Source: Eledone cirrhosa (Eukaryota). Taken from it: a DNA stretch of 64,000 bases. The stretch spans positions 67,270,001 to 67,334,000 of the forward strand of contig OZ024744.1 in NCBI GenBank assembly GCA_964016885.1. Direction: 5' to 3'. The first letter of the stretch is position 1. Each line of letters opens with the position of its first letter. The translations under genes were made by a program, and so were the position numbers. Under the pieces are notes generated by a model. That model ran no database searches and was not told where the DNA came from. It saw only the letters and a program-made list of their open reading frames with translations. Below are positions 54,577 through 64,000 of this stretch, piece by piece.

Positions 54577-54752
54577 TGTGTTGTTTAATATGTTAAAACA
54601 AACATTTATATAACAATGTAACACATATCACACTACATAATGAAGTACGATATAGTGATATAGTATTAATATTTCAGTACATTTATACTACACTAACCAT
54701 TGGAACAAGCTGTTCCAATGGTTATCTCATATTAATTAAGGTTTCTATATAA

Positions 54753-54940
54753 GGGCGGTGAATCGGCAGTATCGGTAGAGAGAAGGGTGCCATGCTTTCT
54801 AGCATATTTACGCCCCTTTACGGTCTGAGTTCAAATCCCGTCAAGGTTAACTTTATCTTTCATCCTTACGGGGTCGATAAAATAAAGTACCAGTAATGCA
54901 CTGAGTAATTGCTGGCCTTGGGCCAACAGTAGAAACAATT
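54753..54940 (+). mobile_element. Meta-like SINE, full length
   Basis: ggcggtgaatcggcag..gagttcaaatcc..gtagaaacaatt; flanked by direct repeat attaattaaggtttctatataa (TSD). Confidence 0.85.
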
Positions 54941-55249
54941 AATTAAGGTTTCTATATAATATTCAAGGGAAGTTTGTTCAGCTGTGTTGGTGTAGGTTTT
55001 ATGGAGACTATTTGTTTCTTCAAAGTATTTACTCATTGCGGTACTTAAACTGGAAGGCCATGGCTATTGTTATAAGCATATAACCGCTAATTTGTTATTG
55101 CCATGGTTACTATAATAAAACAGAACGTTATCAAGCTTTGTAGTCAAATCCATCTTAACCACTAACTGGAAAATCCCAGCTCCATAAAATAAAACGTTAA
55201 TAACAAAACACCAATTAATAATTATACATGCACACACACACACACACAG

Positions 55250-55332
<83 letters not shown>

Positions 55333-55761
55333 CATATATGTATATATAAATATGTGTGTGTGTGTATATATATATATGTGTGTGTGTGTGTACGTATGTA
55401 CGTATGGATATATATATATTAAAAATACATATATGTGTATATATCTACACACACACATATAAATATATACATATACGCACACATATATATATATTTATAT
55501 ATAAGTGTATATATATATATATATAAGTATGCATGTATACGTACATACATATATGTATACAGACGTACAGTAGCATGCACATATATATATATATATACAT
55601 ATATATATACATATGCATACAGGTACACATACATATATGCACGTATCAGTTTAGCGGCGCTAACGTCGCTTTGTTCGTTTGTAAACAAACTGAACAGCCT
55701 GAATTTATGCCATACGGTGTTAAGGCAACCACGTCACCTTTTTGTTCAACACTGACACAGG

Positions 55762-55806
55762 AACGATGTACTAGTTTCAAGCTTGTTAGCTATCATCAGC
55801 ACCGTT
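55762..55806 (-). ncRNA. Minimal type I hammerhead (family J), inverted copy
   Basis: Reverse complement of 56319-56363. Confidence 0.8.
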
Positions 55807-56318
55807 TACCCATCTGCCAGATAGTTGAACGTTCGAAAGTATATACTTTCCTTATGAAAATTAACGGCTGAGCAGCCTAATTTGCATATTGAGTGAGTTA
55901 AATCGGTCAGGCATACCGAAAACGATAAATTGAAACAAAATGAAAACGAAATTTCATTTCTCACTCTTAGTATGGCACTTACGAACAAAGCGACGTTAGC
56001 GCCGCTAAACTGATACGTGCATATATGTATGTGTACCTGTATGCATATGTATATATATATGTATATATATATATATATGTGCATGCTACTGTACGTCTGT
56101 ATACATATATGTATGTACGTATACATGCATACTTACATTTAAGTAAGTGCCATACTAAGAGTGAGAAATGAAATTTCGTTTTCATTTTGTTTCAATTTAT
56201 CGTTTTCGGTATGCCTGACCGATTTAACTCACTCAATATGCAAATTAGGCTGCTCAGCCGTTAATTTTCATAAGGAAAGTATATACTTTCGAACGTTCAA
56301 CTATCTGGCAGATGGGTA

Positions 56319-56363
56319 AACGGTGCTGATGATAGCTAACAAGCTTGAAACTAGTACATCGTT
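56319..56363 (+). ncRNA. Minimal type I hammerhead (family J)
   Basis: aacggtg CTGATGA t agct aaca agct t GAAA ctag TA catcgtt. Confidence 0.8.
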
Positions 56364-56784
56364 CCTGTGTCAGTGTTGAACAAAAAGGTGACGTGGTTGC
56401 CTTAACACCGTATGGCATAAATTCAGGCTGTTCAGTTTGTTTACAAACGAACAAAGCGACGTTAGCGCCGCTAAACTGATACGTGCATATATGTATGTGT
56501 ACCTGTATGCATATGTATATATATATGTATATATATATATATATGTGCATGCTACTGTACGTCTGTATACATATATGTATGTACGTATACATGCATACTT
56601 ACATTTAAGTAAGTGCCATACTAAGAGTGAGAAATGAAATTTCGTTTTCATTTTGTTTCAATTTATCGTTTTCGGTATGCCTGACCGATTTAACTCACTC
56701 AATATGCAAATTAGGCTGCTCAGCCGTTAATTTTCATAAGGAAAGTATATACTTTCGAACGTTCAACTATCTGGCAGATGGGTA

Positions 56785-56829
56785 AACGGTGCTGATGATA
56801 GCTAACAAGCTTGAAACTAGTACATCGTT
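56785..56829 (+). ncRNA. Minimal type I hammerhead (family J)
   Basis: Identical to 56319-56363, 466 bp downstream. Confidence 0.8.
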
Positions 56830-57125
56830 CCTGTGTCAGTGTTGAACAAAAAGGTGACGTGGTTGCCTTAACACCGTATGGCATAAATTCAGGCTGTTCA
56901 GTTTGTTTACAAACGAACAAAGCGACGTTAGCGCCGCTAAACTGATACGTGCATATATGTATGTGTACCTGTATGCATATGTATATATATATGTATATAT
57001 ATATATATATGTGCATGCTACTGTACGTCTGTATACATATATGTATGTACGTATACATGCATACTTACATTTAAGTAAGTGCCATACTAAGAGTGAGAAA
57101 TGAAATTTCGTTTTCATTTTGTTTC

Positions 57126-57193
<68 letters not shown>

Positions 57194-57460
57194 AGATATA
57201 TATATACATATATTATATATATATAAATATTGAAGCTTCCGTTGAAAATATTTTATTTTTATATATCTCTTGCATTACTTTTATTTATATATATTATTTT
57301 TTTTGTCCGTTAAACTTTTGTCTCTCTTCAGGAGATTTTTCAAATATTTCACTATGTTTTAAATTGCCTTGTCCGACGAACGAATGAGGACGTTTCTTGT
57401 ATTCGTCTTATTCGGGAAAGCTCTGGTAATGAGGTAATTATATTGTATTGTTTATTATAC

Positions 57461-57537
<77 letters not shown>

Positions 57538-57716
57538 GGATATGTGTTCCTACACGCACAAAGCGCTAAGGGACACATGTATTGTCCAACCATATGCCAA
57601 TGTGGTTCAATGGCAGGTTAATAAATTAACGAGCCAGAACATATATAATCAGGTTTAGCAAATAATGAAAAAGTTTCAAAATAAATTTTAAAAAATTGAC
57701 TTTACGTACTATAGTT

Positions 57717-57800
57717 ACCTTTACCGAATCGGTTTCGAATCTCAAAAATAAACGGAGACCATACGGCCTTCGTTGCAAAGAAAGATTCTCGTCAGAAGGT
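57717..57800 (-). ncRNA. Type I hammerhead ribozyme (family K), inverted copy
   Basis: Reverse complement of the 58356-58439 fold. Confidence 0.85.
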
Positions 57801-58355
57801 TCTTTTCATTCGAAGAATATAAAATTCTTGAATATAATTACGAACTAGCGCTATCCAAAACTGTTCCCGAGATGAGAGTAAATAAAGTGGAATCAATTTT
57901 TTCAAGGGCCGAAAGTAAAGATAGAGGCAGAGGGAGGTAGGTCAAACGGCCACCACTATCACTAGCAGCAGTCGTAACTATAGTAAGTAAAGTCAATTTT
58001 TTAAAATTTATTTTGAAACTTTTTCATTATTTGCTAAACGTGATTATATATGTTCTGGCTCGTTAATTTATTAACCTGCCATTGAACCACATTGGCATAT
58101 GGTTGGACAATACATGTGTCCCTTAGCGCTTTGTGCGTGTAGGAACACATATCCTATTATTACTATTCTCCTCTATGTTGAGAAAAAATTTGGTCGTTCC
58201 GACTGCTGCTTGACCTACCTCCCTCTGCCTCTATCTTTACTTTCGGCCCTGGAAAAAATTGATTCCACTTCATTTACTCTCATCTCGGGAACAGTTTTGG
58301 ATAGCGCTAGTTCGTAATTTAAATTCAAGAATTTTATATTCTTCGAATGAAAAGA

Positions 58356-58439
58356 ACCTTCTGACGAGAATCTTTCTTTGCAATGAAGGCCGTATGGTCT
58401 CCGTTTATTTTTGAGATTCGAAACCGATTCGGTAAAGGT
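58356..58439 (+). ncRNA. Canonical type I hammerhead ribozyme (family K)
   Basis: acctt CTGACGA gaatct..agattc GAAA ccg att cgg TA aaggt. Confidence 0.88.
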
Positions 58440-58506
58440 AACTATAGTAAGTAAAGTCAATTTTTTAAAATTTATTTTGAAACTTTTTCATTATTTGCTA
58501 AACCTG

Positions 58507-58596
<90 letters not shown>

Positions 58597-58829
58597 TGTG
58601 AGTTTTTTTTTACAAAATTAAAAATAACTGAGGTGTTCTACACGATTGAAAGTATAAAGTAAAAAAGATGAAATCGAAAATGCAACTGGAGTCTTATTTT
58701 AAAAAATATATATATATATTTATTTGTTTCCTTTACCCGTTTCGCAGTTCTTCTGCTTTTCAAAAGTAGAGTTGAGATGGAGGGTCTGTTGTTGTTCTCA
58801 CATCTATCTATATATATATATATATATAT

Positions 58830-59542
58830 AATAAGCTTGAAACTAGTGCAGCGTTCCTTTGTCAGTGTTGAACAAACGAGCAACGATGGTTGCTAGACAC
58901 TACGGCTTAATACGGGATGTTTGTTTACAAACACACCGTGCATTATAATAAATGTTCGGTGAATCCATACGTACATATATATATGTGTGCATGTATGTAT
59001 ATATATATACATACTACTGTACCTCTGTATACATATATGTATGTACGTGTACATACTTATATTTAAGTAACAGCCGTACTAAGAGTGGGAAATGAAATTT
59101 CGTTTTATTTTTTCCGTTTATCCTTTTCGGTGCACCCGGCCGATTAACCCACTCGATATGCAAATTGGGCTACTCAGCCGTTAATATGCATCAGGTAAGT
59201 ATATACGTTCAACAATCTGGCAGGGAAGTATACGTTGCCGACGATAGCTAATAAGCTTGAAACTAGTAGAGCGTTCCTTTGTCAGTGTTGAACAATCGAG
59301 CAACGATGGTTGCTAGACACTACGGCCTAATAGGGGATGTTTGTTTACAAACACACCGAGCATTATAATAAATGTTCGGTGAATCCATACGTACATATAT
59401 ATATGTGTGCATGTATGTATATATATATACATACTACTGTACGTCTGTATACATATATGTATGTACGTGTACATACTTATATTTAAGTAACAGCCGTACT
59501 AAGAGTGGGAAATGAAATTTCGTTTCATTTTTTTCCGTTTAT
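58830..59542 (+). repeat. 420-bp tandem relative of family J with degenerate HHR (CCGACGA core at ~59238)
   Basis: aagcttgaaactagt at 58833 and 59253; octamer retained at 59158. Confidence 0.8.
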
Positions 59543-59884
59543 ATATATATTTATATATTTATATATATTTATATATATATATAAATATATACAAATGTAT
59601 ATACATGTATATGTATGTAGATATATGTATATATAGATACAATTAATAATTAAAACATAGAAATCATTTTCCCTGCTCTACTCCACTGTACCATTGTTTT
59701 TTGAGGTTTTTTTTCGCCTTAATCCTGCATAAAACTAACATTTAGGTTTGTATTTAATGACTACAATGTCTAATATAGTGTATTTTTACGTTTTTACTCA
59801 AATGGCAAGGCAATATCAGCTTTTAAAGCTACAAGGTATAATTATCGTACGACTAATAACAGCTGCTTCGAGTATTACAGAAAA

Positions 59885-60203
59885 ATGTGCCAGTTATTTC
59901 TGCGTATATATGTATATATGAATATATGTATATATGTATGTATATGTATGTATGTGTATGTATGTATGTGTGAATATGTGTATGTATGTATGTATGTATG
60001 TATGTATGTATGTATGTATGTATGTATGTATGTATGTATGTATGTGTATGTATGTATGTATGTATGTGTATGTATGTGTGAATTACAGTTATTTCTGCGT
60101 ATATATATATATGAATATATGTATATATGTATGTATATGTATGTATGTGTATGTGTATGTATGTATGTGTGAATATGTGTATGTATGTATGTATGTATGT
60201 ATG

Positions 60204-60234
<31 letters not shown>

Positions 60235-61637
60235 GTATGTATGTATGTGTATGTATGTGTGAATTATGTGTATGTATGTATGTATGTATGTATGTATGTA
60301 TGTATGTATGTATGTGTATGTATGTATGTGTATGTATGTATGTATGTATGTATGTATGTATGTATGTATGTATGTATGTATGTATGTATGTATGTATGTA
60401 TGTATGAATAAATATGTGTATGTATGTATGTATGTATGTATGTATGAATATGTGTATGTATGAATATGTATATGTATGTGCGTGCATGTATGTATGTATA
60501 TGTGTATATATGTGTGTATGTATGTGTGTGTATATATGTATGTATGTGTGTATGTGAGTGTATGTATATATGTATGTATATGCGTGCATGTATGTATGTA
60601 CGTGTGTATGTGTGTGTATGTAAGTGTGTATGTATGTGTGTATGTATGTATGTATGTATGTATTTATGTATGTATGCATGTATGTATGTATATGTGAATG
60701 TATGTATGCACGTATGTATGTATACATGTAGATATGTATGCATATGTATGTATGTATATATGTATGTATGCATGTATGTATATATGTATTTATGTATATA
60801 TTTATTTATGTATATATGTATGAATGAACATGTGTATGTATGTATATATGTATTATGAATATGTGTAGGTATGTATGTGTGTTTGTGTGTGTATATATGT
60901 ATGTATGTGCGTTTATGTATGTATGTATATATCTGTGTATGTGTGTGTATGCATGTATTTATGTTTGTATGTATGTATATATGTATGTAAGCATGAATAT
61001 ATGTATTTATGTATGTATGTATATATGTATGCACGTATGTATGTATGTATATATGTATTTATGTATATAAGTATTTATGTATGTACATGTATGTATGTAT
61101 ATATATGTATCAATGTGTTTATGTATGCATGTATGTATATATGTATTTATGTATGTACATGTATGTATGTATATATATGTATCTATGTGTTTATGTATGC
61201 ATGTATGTATATATGTATTTATGTATATATGTATGTCTGTATATATTTTGTATTCATGAATGCATGTATGTATTATGTATGTATTATGTATATATGTATG
61301 TATGTGTGTATGTGTGTATGTGTGTATGTGTGCATGTGTGTGGATGTATGTAAGTATATATGTATGTATATGTATGTATGTATATATGTATGTTTGTATG
61401 TATGTATATATGTATTTATGTATGTATGAATACATATATACATTCATGCATACATACATATATACATACATACATATATACATACTCACATACATACATA
61501 TATACATACATACATAAGTATGTAAGCTTGAATGTATGTATGTATGTATATATGCATGTATGTCTGTAAGTATGTAAGGAAGAATGTATGTATGTAAGTA
61601 TGTATGTGTATACGTATTTTGTATGTATGTAAGAATG

Positions 61638-61725
<88 letters not shown>
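59885..61725. repeat. Complex (TATG)/(TG)/(TA) microsatellite field
   Basis: Direct inspection; includes a short inverted (CATA)n block at ~61430-61517. Confidence 0.95.
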
Positions 61726-61960
61726 CATATATATATGCAGCTTGGCTTGTAGTTAGCAATAATATTTTCTTTTTCTAACTCCACAATGTATCTAAAGCAT
61801 TCATTGATATATCATGGCTTAATTATAAATACAAATTTAGAAAGAAATACACACACACACAGACACACACACACACGCACACACACACGTATATATATAT
61901 ATCTGTCTGTGTGTATAGAAAGAGATAGAGATAGATACATATGTATATATGATTATACAT

Positions 61961-62069
<109 letters not shown>

Positions 62070-62082
62070 CATATATACATAA

Positions 62083-62145
<63 letters not shown>

Positions 62146-62549
62146 CATATATAAATGAATGCATATGCATGTGCATGTACATATATAAGTGAATGCATAT
62201 ATTTATGTAATATATGCATTCATTTATATATATATGTATGCATATTTAAAAGAAAATATGTTTTCTGCAAGTTAACTGATAACACAAGAAACAAACTAGA
62301 GTGCTTTTAACGATGTAAGTAAAGAGCTTCACATCTTTACTTCAAATGCTCGTAAACAGTTTTAAGACTTTTTTCCCCATCTTTCTTTGATCTGAAATAT
62401 ATAAACATTCTTCATTGATACACACAGGCACATACAAACCCACACACACATGCACACACACACACGTACACACACGTACACATACAGACACACGCATGCA
62501 CACACGCACACCCACACACGCACATGCACACGCGCACAGACACACACAT

Positions 62550-62623
<74 letters not shown>

Positions 62624-62746
62624 TGTAGCTATAGATTTATGGTGGTTCGCTTTGAGCACAATGAAATATTTATGAGTATGTATAATTTATACGTGCAGAT
62701 ATTACAATTCTCCATGTGTGTGTTTGTGCATAAGTGCGTGTATATG

Positions 62747-62842
<96 letters not shown>

Positions 62843-62855
62843 AGTGCGTGCGTGC

Positions 62856-62926
<71 letters not shown>

Positions 62927-63199
62927 TGTGTGTTTGTGGACGTGCATGTAAGCGTTCGTATATGCTCAACTGATTGCACGAATATGTTTTTTTAAGACAA
63001 AGCATATGCAGATAAAATCGCTCTGTGGTTCTAATTTACGTAATATGTGTTATAATTGGGTATCGATGAAATAACTTCCCAGTCTATTTTGATGGATTGA
63101 TAGAGCTGTTGGAGCCTCAAAATGCCTTGCGGGGTATTTATTCCCGTGCTTTATCTTCTGAGTTAAAAAAACCACCCGGATCCTTGTTTCCTTTATCCT

Positions 63200-63535
63200 T
63201 CCGAAGACCAACAAAATGAAGTACCAAGGACACATGCAAGAAAGAGACACGAAAGCCTGCATCACCCCTTCTTCCGGCTGGGAAATGTAGGCTGGAGACC
63301 GCGATACCTGGCGTTAGACTGTCCGCAGGGACATTGCAAGTGCAGATGCGAAGAGAGGTCAACTTACAGCTGAAAAGAAGGTCCGAAAACAGCGCATTGC
63401 AGAAATACCAACAACCTTGGATTCCACATGTATCTGCACCAAGTGCAACGAAGTCTGTCACACACGCATCGTTCTGCACAGTCACAGCAGACGATGTCAG
63501 TAACTAGACATGCCTTCAGACGCATGGTCTTCTAT
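63200..63535 (+). mobile_element. RTE (BovB-like) 3' fragment
   Basis: AGDRDTWR*TVR..CICTKCNEVCHTRIVLHSHSRRC. Confidence 0.7.
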
Positions 63536-63824
63536 AATATGATATGATATGATATAATATATATATATATATATTAAAAAATTTGCCAAAATTGCTACTA
63601 TACTTCATAGTAATAGCTTGGCTACTGTCTTTTTAACACCCCACTCCTCACTGATTAACCTCGATGTCACGTGATTGATTCTTTTGAATTTGCCACCGAC
63701 CAAGTGGCAGTGATTTTTTCAATGTCTTGGAATTTAGTCCACGCTTGCTTTTTTCCATCCACTGAATTATTTTTGTATAAGTTCCCTGTGTCCACGCATC
63801 GCCAGGTATCTTAGCGGAGAACAG

Positions 63825-63906
63825 ACTTCCTGATGACGAAAGGCTTCTCCATGCTTTCCATTTGGAAACCATGTTTATTCCCTTTCAGAAACTAATTAGT
63901 TGGAGT
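63825..63906 (+). ncRNA. Type I hammerhead-like motif (family A, best-preserved copy) within repeat 63577-63960
   Basis: acttc CTGATGA c gaaagg..catg c tttcca tt tggaaa c catg..cctttc a GAAA ctaattag TT ggagt. Confidence 0.6.
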
Positions 63907-63955
63907 GAAATTTTAGTAAGTAAGTTAATTTTTATAATTTTCTTATTTTACGTCA

Positions 63956-64000
<45 letters not shown>

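Larger units (their letters stand above)
55525..57129 (+). repeat. Retrozyme-like array (family J): inverted monomer 55525-55980 + ~2.5 near-identical 466-bp direct units
   Basis: Period 466 (55981, 56447, 56913); one HHR and one ATGCAAAT per unit; (TA)n flanks. Confidence 0.85.
57533..58511 (+). repeat. Retrozyme-like element (family K): inverted monomer 57533-57974 + ~1.15 direct units of 464 bp
   Basis: gtaactatagtaagtaaagtc at 57974 and 58438; the left arm is the reverse complement; (TA)n flanks. Confidence 0.8.

Noticed and set aside
54753-54850. tRNA gene calls from A/B boxes
   Set aside because: No cloverleaf; these are heads of multicopy SINEs.
55533-57117. Repeated 112-aa and 93-aa ORFs in the 466-bp array
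   Set aside because: They are antisense to the ribozyme, partly microsatellite-derived, and show no recognisable domain.

Overview
This is AT-rich, microsatellite-dense eukaryotic DNA. The SINE and repeat repertoire looks like an octopus or other coleoid cephalopod (inference). Most ORFs in the track are microsatellite artefacts. The real content is: (1) one small spliced host gene on + (~7.7-11.8 kb; five phase-consistent coding exons, 141 aa from the first visible ATG); (2) decayed non-LTR retrotransposons (two CR1-like, RTE-like, CRE-like, and a (TAA)n-inserted R4/Dong-like pair nested in an older R4-like element); (3) at least seven Penelope-like element (PLE) fragments (GIY-YIG or RT); (4) non-autonomous Helitrons, a hAT-type MITE and many tRNA-derived SINEs. 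The most striking signal, found by manual folding, is about 20 type I hammerhead ribozyme (HHR) motifs from about 11 unrelated sequence families in 64 kb. They lie in PLE 3' ends and in non-coding 420-530 bp tandem 'retrozyme-like' units. These units often show an 'inverted monomer + tandem array' architecture embedded in (TA)n. Several carry variant cores (U3-A8, U10.1.U11.1, U4A) or internal promoter-like motifs. All folds and translations were done by eye; none was computed or database-checked.
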